64,000 nucleotides of DNA, from contig OX597828.1 in assembly GCA_951406725.2 (NCBI GenBank), positions 1,488,001 through 1,552,000 on the forward strand. The letters run 5' to 3'. This stretch comes from Octopus vulgaris (Eukaryota). A program made the translations under genes and the position numbers. The first letter of the stretch is position 1, and the number at the start of each line of letters is the position of its first letter. Below the pieces are notes generated by a model. The model ran no database searches. It had not been told where the DNA came from and saw only the letters and a list, made by a program, of their open reading frames with translations. Of this stretch, positions 13,879-30,623 are shown piece after piece.

Positions 13879-14214
13879 TACATCGTTATGTTTACGTTGA
13901 GAAGTGTGAAGAAAGAGTTCCAGATAAGGGGAGGTAATAAGTTCACAGATCAAGAGGTAAGTGATAGGTCGTAACGGGCTATGCTTATGTTATTATCAAA
14001 ACAGTATTCCATTGGTTTAACAACTTACGGGGGTAGGGGAGAGATTATTTACAATATCAAGCTAAATCCAATTGGTTGGCACATTTGAATTTCATTGTCT
14101 TAGTTACGGTTGGTTGGTTAAAATACACATACGTACATACATACATATAAGCGCACATACACACGTACACATAGATTTATATTTGCATTTTATATCTTCA
14201 TAACTGTACTTTAT

Positions 14215-14341
14215 AATCTCTGACGAGGCCTTGAGATATATATATAAGTAACTCATTTTTAACTGCATATTACCTCAATACATTTGACTAATATAGGCAC
14301 AATGAGATACCTTTATCTACAGGCTGAAACAGCTGTAAGTT
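14215..14341 (+). ncRNA. Minimal HHR with long stem II loop
   Basis: CUGACGA-GGCCU...AGGCU-GAAA-C AGCU G-UA; stem I is only partly paired. Confidence 0.55.
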
Positions 14342-14693
14342 CCATTTTATATGTATCATTTTTATGGTATTATCTTACTTATTGATGTATATTGTTTTAT
14401 TCTGTTGTATTCTGTTGGGTTTGGATGTTCCTATTTAATTAGTTAATAAATTATATGAATTGGTATTATCTGTAAGTTGATGATTGAAAGGAATCTATTC
14501 CTCCATTTTCTTATTTTGTATTATGAATTTGAGGTAAAACATATTACCTTCGCCCATCTAATACAATAAATGAACTAACTGCATTGCAATTGTAAGCATT
14601 TATGTATTAGCCTTTTGGGTACTTCACTGGCAGTATATTGGGTAACTGATATCCCATAGTGGGTTACACTCATAACCTCTATCTCACTTTGTA

Positions 14694-14785
<92 letters not shown>

Positions 14786-15120
14786 AATGATTTATTATAA
14801 ACACCACGACGCATATATAACCTGTCTGTTATAGCAAGCCAGCTTTGTACATAGCAAGCCAGCTTTGTACATGGTTTGTTCTTTACATTATAGACCACAA
14901 ACAGCGAGAATCATAACTACTCATGCGCAGATGTGGCTGTGTGGTAAAAAATTTTCTTCCCAACCACATGGTTCCAGGTTCAGTCATATATGCATGTATG
15001 TATGTATGTATGTATGTATGTATGTATGTATGTATGTATGTATGTATGTATGTATGTATGTATGTATGTATGCATGCATGCATGCATGTATGTATGTATG
15101 CATGCATGTATGTATGCATG

Positions 15121-15151
<31 letters not shown>

Positions 15152-15171
15152 TTATCGGGTGATAAATAAAT

Positions 15172-17350
15172 ACAACTCGTTGAAATGACTGTTCCGCAAC
15201 TTAACTTTCCGTTTTGTAGAGAGAAAAGCAGCCAGAGGGAGGAAATATCTTCATTTATATAGAAGATTAAAAAAATAAAGTCACAGATGACAAAGAGAGA
15301 AACGAACACGCAATCCAGCGAGAAAAGTATTAAAAATAACTGATATCAGATATGGATGTATAAACCCCCTTGGGCAAGCTGCATGGTGCGAGTACACTGG
15401 CTCATACATGCATCCGCAAAAATATGAGCATACGCACACGTGCACTCATGATCACAAAGAAAGTTAGTTATCTACTTGGTATTTATAAGAATGGGGAGGT
15501 TAAAACTAAACTTAAATCATCCATACCTTAAAGTAAGTTAAATTTTGTTAACGGTTGCTGAAAATTCATTTCTACTGCATTGTGCTAAGTACATTTATAT
15601 GCGTATAGGCATCTCGAGAGTCGTTCAGAAATTATATTATCTTCTCATTCTTCTACAGAATAGACAGGCATTCCTCGGAGCAGAGACGGAATCTCCTGGA
15701 AATTATATTGTATGGTTTTGCATACCTTACTATGGACCAATTAATGTTGTACTTTGTTTTATTCTCTTTCAGTCGCCATACAAAATCTGCCAAAGATGTT
15801 GAATGTCTCTTATTGATTGTCTTAAAGCTGGCAACATGGTCACGATCAAGATTCTTAAATGAATCAGCTGTCTATCCAATGTAAACATAGGGCCTTCCTC
15901 TTGTGTGCACGGTACATTTATATACAAGTTTTGTACCCATGCAGACATTCATCAAAGGACATTTTGATTTTACGTTGCATGAGCATTTATCGTATTTATT
16001 TGTATATAAGGCAGTCCCGACTCCATTTACCGGCATTGTTACAGTGCTAGCTGTATCACAAGTATTTCTACTACTACAAATTGGTCGTAGTTGGTGTTTA
16101 TCAATGCGGTTTACACCTCATTGCTTGTTATTTAAATGCAAGCGTTCGCTAGATCCAGTAGGTGGGTTATTGAACCTTTACTGCATTTTGCTATTGTTTA
16201 TTGCAATGCATAAACTGCTCTAAATTAGCAGAGTTGTCGTAGGATGCCTTCACGGTATGCCGATTAAAGATAGCATGATACCGATTAGATTTAGGAAAAC
16301 ACTTGTCCAAAGCAGCAAAAAATTTTCCAGCGATCTTGGTCGAAACATGCAAACCGAAAATCGGGTTGAACCGGAGGACATCCTGATTTCTATATCTGTT
16401 GTTAGGCTTATTTAATCGAGTGTGTTGTACAGGATTGGAACAAGCAATTGAATTATTATGTTGCTTGTGTCTATGAGTTTCGTTGGTAGTTCATTGATAT
16501 GACCAATTCTTTCTGGCCTGTATTCTTTATCTGAGTGAGTTCTCAAACCGTAACGTGGTGCTGGTATACACTGTGCATCACAGTTGGAGGAATTACCAGT
16601 GTTGTGTATGCTTGATTCTTGTACCTATTGAATTTTTCACGGAATACAGCGCTAGCTAGAGCAATATTATAATAAATTGCATGAGAATAGAAAATTTTAT
16701 TATTAGCGGATAATCTAGAGATTCTTCTGGAAATATTCTTAACTAGTCACCATATAATCGGGGGTGGATGGTTGGATGCTACGTTAATGTACTTAATATG
16801 CAGTGAGAATGAATTTCGAGTAATCGTTAACTTTAATTTAAGGTATGGATGAGTTAAGTTTAGTTTTAACCTCCCCATTCTTATAAATACCAAGTAGATA
16901 ACTAACTTTCTTTGTGATCATGAGTGCACGTGTGCGTATGCTCATATTTTTGCGGATGCATGTATGAGCCAGTGTACTCGCACCATGCAGCTTGCCCAAG
17001 GGGGTTTATACATCCATATCTGATATCAGTTATTTTTAATACTTTTCTCGCTGGATTGCGTGTTCGTTTCTCTCTTTGTCATCTGTGACTTTATTTTTTT
17101 AATCTTCTATATAAATGAAGATATTTCCTCCCCCTGGCTGCTTTTCTCTCTACAAAACGGAAAGTTAAGTTGCGGAACAGTCATTTCAACGAGTTGTGTT
17201 AACGAGATATATCTGCACCACCGGATGCTCCTGAAGCAGTTGTTGAGTGTCCCACCCAAGAGGAATCGATGATAGATGTGTCAAAACAATTGTCGTGGTT
17301 AATAATAAATTTTCGTATATTCCATCTTCCGTCTTTTATTTGCCACATAT
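15172..17350 (-). mobile_element. Naiad-type Penelope-like element, 5'-truncated, with inverted pseudo-LTRs
   Basis: Arms of about 360 bp, near-identical and inverted (15172-15532 / 16837-17197). Between them the minus strand reads YINVASNHPPPII..ISRRISRLS, FNPIF..FPKSNRYHAIFNRHTVKASY, CSCNVKSKCPL..C, LVYKCTV and YVYIG. Confidence 0.9.
17217..17309 (+). ncRNA. Decayed HHR plus AATAAA in the extension of the inverted pLTR
   Basis: ACCAC-CGGAUGC...AAAAC-AAUU-GUC-GUGGU (5-bp stem I, palindromic AAUU loop), followed by AATAAA at 17304-17309. Confidence 0.55.
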
Positions 17351-17426
17351 CTAACAATCACTGTGAAAGTGACCGTGCTTTACCAGTAAGCTACCAGGTA
17401 TAAACCATTCATTTTATTATCCATTA

Positions 17427-17496
<70 letters not shown>

Positions 17497-17538
17497 AATT
17501 AAATTAGAGATAATACCATTATTAGGCACATCTAATAT

Positions 17539-17606
<68 letters not shown>

Positions 17607-17769
17607 GTGCAGAATCTTTTGACCGGCAGATTTAGAAAATAATTTTTTGTAACTAAACACTTTCAAACTTCATATACTGGTAGAATGTGTCATATAAAAC
17701 ATCTTTTACTCTTAACATTTTTGAGAAAAATTGATATTTACGAAGTCTCACTTTTCACACTTCTTCCTA

Positions 17770-17960
17770 TTATCCATGCTATGTCAGCTCCCAGGTTCCT
17801 CACTGATCACAGTGCTCAGTCCTTCCTTTCCAGAATGTCGGCCTTCTGGAATTCCCTCCTAGCTTATATTTTTCTCGTCGGTGTTGTTTTGTAAAAGTTC
17901 AAGAGAAACATTAATGGCATCAATTCCAACTGCCTAGAAAGGCCTGCAAGTATCGCAGGC
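17770..17960 (+). pseudogene. CR1/Crack-like LINE 3' end fragment
   Basis: TDHSAQSFLSRMSAFWNSL..IF...KFKRNIN resembles the terminal SF..R...WNSLP...FK motif. Confidence 0.5.
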
Positions 17961-18312
17961 GCTGTTCCTTTCTGTAAAATCTGTAAGTAATAAAGTACTA
18001 AGACAGTGTGTGCATGCTCATGTATTTAAAACGTATCCACCGCATCAGTACTTTAGTTAATTAATACACATTACCAACATACTTACGGAGTTGCACAACT
18101 TCAAAATTTCTACTCACCTGTCTTTCTCTCTGCTTCATCGGTTCTATATTGTATGATATAGTGATAGGAGTGAGAAGCTTGTGTCCAGGAGACGCTTCTA
18201 TTTTCCATGGCCCTTTCAGTTTAGCCATCAGCATATTTCATTAAATCGTTGCTCTAAATATGAATTTTATATTGAGCGCTTTTCTAAAATTTTTGAAAAA
18301 AACTATTTTCAT

Positions 18313-18823
18313 TACCGTAAATCCTCGAGTATAGTCCGCCCTTGAGTATAATACGCAGAGGATTTTTAGGGGGATGTACCTCTGAAAACCTAAACCTTGT
18401 GTATAATACGCACCCTTTCTCTAACTTGAGTCGTGCGTAATTAAGCCAGCAGCACCTAGTCGAACAAACACTTCCGCGCATGCGTAATACAATAATGATG
18501 ATTATGGGAATGTAAATATGTTTGCAAATTGTTTTTGTTATATGTTATTCTGTGTTCTGAATACTTTTACTTTAATAAATGTTGCTTACTGCAAGCTATG
18601 GATGATTCTTTTATGACTTCATTGCTTTCAGGCGTAGCTTAAGGTATTTTCGCGCCCGACATCACAAAATGCGTCTGAATAAACATTTGCCGGACAGCAA
18701 ATAGAGACTCGGACATTGCTTAGAAAATAATTTTCATTTTTAACCTCGTATATAGTACACACTAGAGATTTTGGCCTTTAAATGTTGGGAAAAAATGCGG
18801 ATTATACTCGAGGATTTATGGTA
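18313..18823. mobile_element. MITE (pogo/Tigger-like, TA target)
   Basis: TA-CCGTAAATCCTCGAGTATAGTCCGC ... GCGGATTATACTCGAGGATTTATGG-TA; TIRs of about 25 bp and no ORF. Confidence 0.85.
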
Positions 18824-18825
18824 TA

Positions 18826-20527
18826 CTAGCAGTATCGCCCGGCGTTGCTCGGGTTTGTAAGGGAAATAACTATATAAGCATTTTTAGAGAGTTATAGCAA
18901 AAAATAGCAAAAAATGCATTAAAAATGGAAAAAAAAATAAAGTAAATTTTTTTTAAATCGTTGACACATCGTAGATATTTTTAGAGAGTTACTTCCCTTA
19001 TATAATAGCGAAAAAAATGCATTAAAATGGAAAAATATGATGGTAAATTTTTTTCAAATCGTAGACTCATCGTAGACGCGCGCTAATACCCAGAAGGGCT
19101 CGATATGAATCACGACTATAAGATACCCGCTTTTGGTTAAACTGCACCGCAAAATGTGGGAGTAGTTACGAATCTAAATCGTAGGAGACAGACACACAAC
19201 TTCACTCTTATATAAAGATGCTTTTTTTTTTCAGTCATAGAGTTAGATTTATGAAGGTCTTCAGTAGAAAATCCTTCGAATTCTGACTCGCTGCTTGATA
19301 TAATGAAATTCGTATCCATTTTTTGTCAGAATTACAAATTTTGAAAACACAATAGGAACAAATTTCGGAAAAAAATCTCCCATAATTCACGGAATTAAAA
19401 TTACACTTCGATTTTTGTATAAAACTGTAGTTGAAGTGTTTACGAAGTATAATACGTGTTTTTACGAATGTACTAAAGAGATTTGCTCTGATATTCTCAT
19501 TTAAATATGAATAGGTAAATTCGGGCGGCTTGGTAACTATATATAAGTGTCGTCTGTTTATACATAAACACTGTTTCATACTGCAATTATATATACATAT
19601 ATCTATATATAATATTATATAATAAAATATATACAGAATATGTGTATATATTTATGTATGTATAAATATATACTGAAAGAAGCTCGGCTCGCCAATTAAT
19701 ACTACCAAAATTTAACGACAGAAAGTAAATAAAAACCAATTTACCTTTTCTGTATTGTTATAGCAATTCGACCGTCGGTGTGTTTTTGCAAATGTATTGG
19801 AATGAGAAGTGAGTTGTGTTTGGCGCCTTTTTTACTAATAACAAACACACACGTGTTTGTATGTAGTTGTTTGAAACGTTTGTGTTTGTCACTGTCATAT
19901 ATGTATGTGTATGCGTGTGTGTGAGGAATGACACACACACACTCACGCACGCACACATGTACATCAATGATTTCGGAGTGAAATGTTAAAATATTGAGTT
20001 TTCTCGAATTTTGTCTTAATTGGGGGTGAAATTGAAAGAAATTTTGTATGGCACGACCGAATGGAAGTACTTTGAAAAATCATAGGTAAAGTCTAATTGA
20101 AGAAATTGTGCGAGGAGTAAATCGTTATGTATTTATTTGTTTCTGTTTGCTGTGTTTTTTTTTTAGTAGTGGTTTAAGGTACACTTCTCTCGTTTTATAG
20201 AAATAGTTTCACTTTAATCGTTGCACACTTGCAAAGAGACAGGAGGAGAAATTAGGGTGATAGCATCAGTGAAGCAGATCGCTCCGTTTGTGTGTGTGTG
20301 TGTGTGCTGTAGCCCACACTAAGAAAAGCACTTGACTAACACCACAATGTGAGTTTTCTCTAAATTTTGCTTAATTGGGGTTGAAATTTTAAAAACTGGA
20401 CCTGGCACGACCCGATTTATTCTACTCTTAAAAATGCTAGGTAAATTGTAATTGAAGAAATCCTATATTGTAGATTTCTATAAGAGACAAAGGGAGGCAG
20501 ATAAAATCTGCCTTTTATAATAAGAGA
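18826..20527 (-). mobile_element. Non-autonomous Helitron sequence, probably two adjoining pieces
   Basis: Minus-strand 3' CTAG|T at 18826 with subterminal hairpin GCCCGG..TCGGGT. Candidate A|TC 5' ends at 19218 and 20527. Confidence 0.65.
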
Positions 20528-22002
20528 TATACGAGACTTACATTTATTACTTGTATGTATGCGAGCGCAGAAAAAAAAAAGCGAGAGCACTCAGTTACTG
20601 CATCAATGTAGTAAAGTTTATTCTTAGGGTTAGTCTTCATTCTTTCTGGAGTCATACCAGTACACACACACACACGCATACACACTCGCATTCACATACG
20701 CTGACATTTCCTTTTAATCAATCTTCATTCTCTTGACCAATTCATTGTTCATTGAAATATTTCTTAATACTTTCCGTAGTGGTGGCATTTTCATATATTT
20801 TAACTCTTCTGTCTTATGCATCTATCATCGGTAGAAATAAACAGTTCTATGTGGTTGATGGATCAGCTAAAAATAGCAGCTGAAACTACATTGACGAAAA
20901 CCCTACCGTCTTTGAAAAACAAGGATACGTTGCATAATATGTACCTGTTTCACTGTACCTAGGAAAAAGATGGGACGTCTCACATCTGGATTGCCTTTCA
21001 TCGCTGATCTTCTAGATAAAACTACCTTGGGCTAAATAATAAGAATAATAACAAAATTTATGTAGTTTTTAGTGTATTAACTACTTGCTTCATATTGTAA
21101 TTCATGAAGGAAAAGCTTATATCTTAGCATATCATTTTTTGTAAAATATTGCAAAGTTTGCAGTTTTTATTCACCCCCAATGTCCTTTTTAGCTTTTTCA
21201 GTCTCTGCATTCGGGATATTTCTATTTCTACTTCGTTATACTTAGACGGTTCTGTGACTTTTCATTGGCCAGGATTGAAACACCTAAAAGCGATTATTTT
21301 GTTTGATCGCTATACATTTATCTCTTACTCTCTCTCTCTCCTCCCTCCTCTGTATACGCAGAGATGTCTGAGACTATAGTAGATGTGTTATTATTCAGAA
21401 ACTGATGCCATATGTTTTGGTTACCATATGTTCTGTGTAAATTATGTAGTTATAGCAGTTTTCAATCTACATTGCTACCGATTCTTCTGTAGCTTGATGT
21501 ACTAATATTTTACTAAGGCAAGGCACCCCTACCCAACCAAATTGTGTTATGATTAAATTTGAGGAATACTATTTCATGTATGTCTTCTGTTAGAATACTC
21601 AAGTCCATATGCTTCAGGTGCATAAAGAATTGTTCATACGTTTCGTGTGTGTATTGTATCGTTCACAAATATTTGTGTTATAATTGTCAAATTAGAATTT
21701 CTGAGAAAATATGTCGTCATTTTTTTAATGCATGGTCACTATGTTTCAAATTTTTGCTTTTGTCGTTTTTTGATCACTCACTACTTTTTTGATAGTTTTT
21801 TTCCAATCACTGTCATATTTTAAAGTATTGTAAGGTGTGAAAAATTCTCCGCATTGATTGAATTTATGAGAATACCCCATTTTTTAAATCCATTTTATCA
21901 ATGTAATATATCAACATATCCCATAACACTCAGCTCCAGTTTCATTTACTGTAGTTTGTACTAAAATCAGTTGCTTAGTTTTGTGTGTGACAGTTTAGAG
22001 AT

Positions 22003-22404
22003 ATTCTTTTCTACTCTAGGCACAAGACCCGAAATTTTTGGGGAGGGGGCCAGTCGATTAGATCAACCCCAGTGCGCAATTGGTACCTAATTTATCGCCC
22101 CTGAAAGGATGAAAGGCAGAGTCGACCTCGGTGGAATTTGAACTTAGAACCTAAAGACAGATGAAATACCTATTTCTTTATTGCCCACAAGGGCCTAAAC
22201 ACAGAGAGGACAAACAAAGACAGACAAACAGATTAAGTCGATTATATCGACCCCAGTGCGTAACTGGTACTTATTTAATCGACCCCGAAAGGATGAAAGG
22301 CAAAGTCGACCTCGGCGGAATTTGAACTCAGAACGTAACAACAGACGAAATACGGCTACGCATTTCGCCCGGCGTGCTAACGTTTCTGCCAGCTCACCGC
22401 CTTG
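22003..22404 (-). mobile_element. SINE family B, tandem/dimeric copy
   Basis: Two repeats of CCCCAGTGCG..GAAAGGATGAAAGGCA..GTCGACCTCGG..GAATTTGAAC. Other copies at 27908-28296, 47677-47917 and 48650-48830. Confidence 0.85.
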
Positions 22405-23069
22405 GAAATATTTAAAATATTAAAATACTTCTCTTCCTTTAATTGTATAAGCATTTTTATCAACCTTGTGTCTTTTTCTGCCCTTTTTTAAAATCTAAGC
22501 ATGCACTGTGTATATTTTCTTATTAATTGTAATTTTATTAAGCTACATGTATAACTAACAACCTCTTTTATACCGGGTAATGCTACTGATAATTTCTTTC
22601 ATATACTTTAGCGTTAATTTCTAGTCTATTCATGGAATACGGAGGGAATATCTATTTTTGTTAAACAGTAGTTTCAGTTTCTGAAGCTAATATATAATTT
22701 ATAAGATGGTCTAAAACATCACCGAGATAGATTATAGAATTGCAACAGATTATTATTTGTCCCTAATTAGGAAGAAATTGATCGTCTTCTCATTATGGTG
22801 TAAATGGCAGCATATTTAAGAAGCAATTGAATGATGTATTTTGATTCTGGACAATGGGTTTATGTTTTGAACAGAAACATTGTTGGTCACACACACATAC
22901 ACACACAATATATGTTTATATATTTATTTATTCATTCATTTATTTATCCATTTATATATTCTTAGCTGAAGTGGTGGCAGCATGGACTTTGTCTTCTTAC
23001 TCTATTAGAGTATTTAAGTAAAATTATATTAATGTGTCAGACTGATTAAAAAATTCTATTTATTTATTT

Positions 23070-23157
23070 ATGCAGCTGAGGATAGCCCTGTATTTAAATT
23101 GATGTGGTGATTGCATTGTTCAATTAAATGGATCCGCTCGAAACGGTCGTACTGCAT
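23070..23157 (+). ncRNA. Type I hammerhead ribozyme (near-intact)
   Basis: AUGCAG-CUGAGGA-UAGC...GCUC-GAAA-C GGUC G-UA-CUGCAU; perfect 6-bp stem I, first stem II pair mutated. Confidence 0.7.
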
Positions 23158-23796
23158 CACCTTTGGATATCCTGTTGCTTATTTTGATATCTATTTATAT
23201 ATTTACTTATTTTTATGCACCTATCTCTATTTCTCATAAGTATCACAGGTAAGTGCATATATGTCTATTGTGTGTGTATTACCTTGTGTGTTTTTTACGA
23301 TTTTCTTCCCCTTCCCTTTCTCATCCCTTCTGTCTTTAGTCATGTGGTGAGGTGGAAGGTGTTACTGTTCCATTCGTGTTTTTACTGAGGCTCGGTCTGT
23401 CAACTGTTATGTGTGTAGCTTCTTTGATCTAAGTGTTATGACAGTTCTAAGTGTCGATAATATAGAAATCTCTATGCTATTAATCAAGCGTCCATGTTCT
23501 TCCTGAGCATGTTGATAGAGCACTGACGAGCTCAAAGAAGGGAAAAAGCTCACTACAGGAGTTTGTTTATAATGATAAAATATATGTGCTGTACATTAGC
23601 TCATTCTCCCTCTATCAAGTTGACGTCACCTAAACAGATGCACGGTGTACAACTGGTCAGGTGTCGAAGTGGTCGCAGAGCAACGTGCAATGAAATGTTT
23701 TGTTCAAGATCACAACGCACCACCCGGTCTCGGAATTGAAACTACGATCTCGCGATCGTGAGTGTAACATCCTTATCATTAGCCTGTGCATCTTCC

Positions 23797-23921
<125 letters not shown>

Positions 23922-23956
23922 TGATGATAATAATAATAATAATGATGATGATGATG

Positions 23957-23993
<37 letters not shown>

Positions 23994-24031
23994 TAATAAT
24001 AATAATAATAATAGTAATAATAATAATAATG

Positions 24032-25530
<1,499 letters not shown>

Positions 25531-25540
25531 GTAATAATAA

Positions 25541-27486
25541 TGCTGAAGCTGACTGGATAGAACGTGAGAAAGTGAGACTGGATGAAGTTGAAGAGCAGAA
25601 TCGGGAGGCAATAGAAGTAGAAGAGCTAAGATGCGTTCTTAGAAAGTCTCACAAATGGAAAACCCTAAGACTGGAGCGGATTCCTAACTTCTGGCCAAAT
25701 TTGACAGAAGTACACCAACATTTTGCTGCATCCCTAACTGATGTTATCCAGAACTCAAAGCAATACCTGCCTGACTGACCGAAGGAACAACATATGTTCT
25801 ACCAAAACTGAAGACACGGAAAATTCAAAGAACTACCAACCAATAACATGTCTCAACACCACCTCACATCGATACTAACTGAAAGAATATACACTTTCCT
25901 TAAACTGAACTCTATCCTTCCACAAGCACAAAAAGGTTGTAAAAGTAATTCTTATGGACGCAAAGATCAAGCAAACAGCTTCCATTAAATTAGATACCGA
26001 TACTACCATCAAGGAGCTTGACCCACGAGAAAGTTATAAATACCCAGGGATAAACGAAAGAGGTAGTATACAATATGCTACTATGAAGGAAAAAATAAGA
26101 AAAGAGTATTACAGGAGAGTAAGATTCATACTAAAAACTGAACTCAACTCCCAAAATCGTATCGAAGCCATTAACACACTAGCACTTCCAGTAAGCCAAT
26201 ACAGTTTTAACATCAGTAACTGTAATCTTACAGATTCCAACGCCTGGACAGGAAGATAAGAAACATCTAAGAACATGCACCACCTAAAAGCAGACGTTGA
26301 TCGTCTGTACCTACATAGAAGTAATAGGAGAAGAGGAATGACGCAGATAGATCTGTGCTATTAGACCTCCACAATAGCAATGAACAAGTACTTATCTACT
26401 ACAGGGGACTGGATGATGCTACTTGTGTGCAAACTCGAAAGCAGCAAAGAATCACATTCTATTGCCAAGGAAGCTTGCAAATTCGCAAGGGAACTCGGCA
26501 TTAACCCCAAATTAGAAGAAGATCCTGAAACCACTGCCACCAAACAAGCAAAACGGGTCAAACAGTCTGCAAAAAAGAATCGGCAGAAACCAGAAACCTC
26601 TGCATAGACAATATATACTTCGAAGCCGATATGATTATGTAGACCAAGCAACAACCCATCAGTGGCTGAGAAGCTTAGGACTGAAAGCAGAGACTGAAGG
26701 TTTCTTATTGGCGGCACAAGATCAAAACTTGATTACCAAAAACTACCAGGCTAACGTACTTCAAAACGGTTCTGATCCTAAATGCTGATTCTGCAATGTA
26801 TTTGACGAAACAATAGACCATCTCGTCTTGGGATATCCTGTGCCGATACCAAACGAATACAAAAATCGCCACTATAGGGTAGGACAGTATTTACATTGGG
26901 AAATATGAAAATACTACAAAAGCAACACTCCTGCTTACTGGTATGAACACCATCCTGATCCAGTCATTGAAGCTAAAAATGTCACTCTCCTCTGGGATTT
27001 TCCAGTCAGCAGCAGCACAACGGTCCAGGCTAATCGACCAGATATAGTCATTAAGGACGGGGAAGAAAATACTTGTAGATAACAGATGTAAGTGTTCCCA
27101 CTGATAAATATATATCTGTAAAGGAATTTGTAAATATAAGGACCTACAAATAGAAATACAAAAGATGTGGCATCTTAAAGCGGGAACTGTTCCTGTTATT
27201 ATGCGTGCTCTTGGTATGATGAGAAAGGCATGTTGGAAACATCTAGATAATATACTAAGAGAGCCATGTCTCAGAGAAATCCAAAAGATTGTGCTGCCCA
27301 CATACTAAGAAAAACCCTCTCAATTTAAATGTCTGTGTTATATTACATGACGATATTTCGCTACTGCCTCTGCACTTCCCCTCTCCAATCATGCTGTAAC
27401 CTCACTTATCCTTCACTCGCCCTAGGACGCTGGGTGTGTCTCGGCGAGTGATTGTAACAAACATGCAGATTAAAAGTAAATAACAC
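25541..27486 (+). mobile_element. Second R4/Dong-type element, internally deleted and decayed
   Basis: LRKSHKWK..IPNFW, ESYKY.GI and LKTELNSQNRIEAINTLA, plus REL remnants; flanked by (TAA)n. Confidence 0.88.
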
Positions 27487-27538
27487 TAATAATAATAGTA
27501 ATAATAATAATAATAATGATAATAATAATAATAATAAT

Positions 27539-27596
<58 letters not shown>

Positions 27597-27772
27597 CTTA
27601 TAATTTTCTTATGCTTTCTTAAACATTTTCTAGAACAATACTATGTGCAAAACTAAATATATGGCACTCTAGGCATAACATCAACTCGAACTTCTAACTT
27701 GTTGTCTCTTGAAGTATCTGTGTGAGTCAACTTGTAAAATACAAAGCAAAAGTCAAACTTATAATAATAATG

Positions 27773-27875
<103 letters not shown>

Positions 27876-28294
27876 TAATAATAATAATAATGATAATGAT
27901 AATAATAATCCTTTCTACCATAGGCGCAAGGCCTGGAATTTGAGGGGAGGAGGATAGTCGATCACATCGACCCCAGTACTTGACTGGTTTCGTTACCGAA
28001 AGTATAAAAGGCAAAGTCAACCTCGGCGGAATTTGAACACGAACGTAGCAACGGACGAAATACCTATTTCTTTACTACCCACAAGGGGCTAAACACAGAG
28101 GAGACAAACAAGGACAGACAGACGGATTAAGTCGATTATATCGACCCCAGTGCGTAACTGGTATTAATTTATCGACCCCGAAAGGATGAAAGGCAAAGTT
28201 GACCTCGGCGGAATTTGAACTCAGAACGTAACGGCAGACGAAATACCGCAAAGCATTTTGCCCGGCGTGCTAACGTTTCTGCCAGCTTGCCGCC

Positions 28295-28372
<78 letters not shown>

Positions 28373-28582
28373 TAAGAATAATCGCTGCCATGGTCAGCTC
28401 CATGAGGCCACCGCCATCAAGATAGCTATTGAAACACGATCTGTATCCATTATAACCTTCGAAAAAGGGAGCGATTATTCTTATATCTATAAGAATGCCA
28501 TATTAATATGGCGATAACAATTAATTTCCAGTAAACGCTGCCATAATCTCTTTTATAGAGACTTAGTAATTTTAATATTTCT

Positions 28583-28685
<103 letters not shown>

Positions 28686-28690
28686 TAATA

Positions 28691-28741
<51 letters not shown>

Positions 28742-29261
28742 TATTCGCTATTTTGCACATAGAGTATTTTCAATTTTGTTAAAATGCCAATTTTTTATTA
28801 CACAAGCTTCACACGAACACATAACACATTCTCATATATTTTGCTGAAATTTCTTCTCCATTGATACTTCTAATTTCCTATTTTGTAGAATACTATATGG
28901 GCCTATGATTTGAAATTTGAACTGAATTACGGATGTAAGACTATTTCTTCGAATAAAATAGATTACTGCACGGATTCATAAAAATACATTAAAAAAATGA
29001 CCCAGCCATAACTTATGCACATCTTCTGGAGGGTGACATAAATGAACGTTATATGTTATACTTCTAGAACAGAATTTGATGTTTTGTGCCCGAAATATCA
29101 ATCTCTGTTTCAACTTACAGAACAAAAACATACATTTATTATGTCTGTAATACGAAACCTTTACTTCTTATGTTATTAGAAAGTAAATTTGTTTTTGTCA
29201 GGTGCAACTCTACAGCATTCTTTCAATATAATTGAAACACAGACACGCACGCACACGCGCG

Positions 29262-29357
<96 letters not shown>

Positions 29358-29825
29358 AATAACAAAATCAAAGTGAGATGTATTCTCAGACATGAGAATA
29401 CCTAAACATTAAATTCTAGCTGCAAACAAAATAATAATAATTCCACGCATGTAAATGTTCTAGTAGCAATAGCTTATAAAAACATCAACAGTCTGACCAA
29501 TTTTTGTGAAACTATTTTTATAGTTAACAAATCTGATCAACAAGAGATTCATGTTCCCTTGAACTCTCAGAAACAGCAGTCAATTCTCACCCTACCGTTT
29601 TAAATGTGAAAAAGACAAATTAGATTATGTAGTCATGCACAACCACAAATAGAGAAGGTTTATATTGCTCTCCGTTTTGCATTAAATCTCTCACCTTATG
29701 CTTTAAACTACTACACTTTTCAACCTTCTTTAAATTTCTAACCTTCCTTTGCCTTCCACGCTTTAAACTAAAGAATATATATAATATAATATAATATAAT
29801 ATAATATAATATAATATATATATAT

Positions 29826-30620
<795 letters not shown>

Positions 30621-30623
<3 letters not shown>

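Noticed and set aside
16837-17197. SECIS element in the Naiad pLTR
   Set aside because: No convincing AUGA..AA..GA kink-turn was visible by eye, and the in-frame stops I read were not at cysteine-equivalent positions. A SECISearch run would be needed.
21400-22880. Possible ancient LINE on the minus strand (ACLDFKK-like word)
   Set aside because: Too degraded to support a family call or boundaries.
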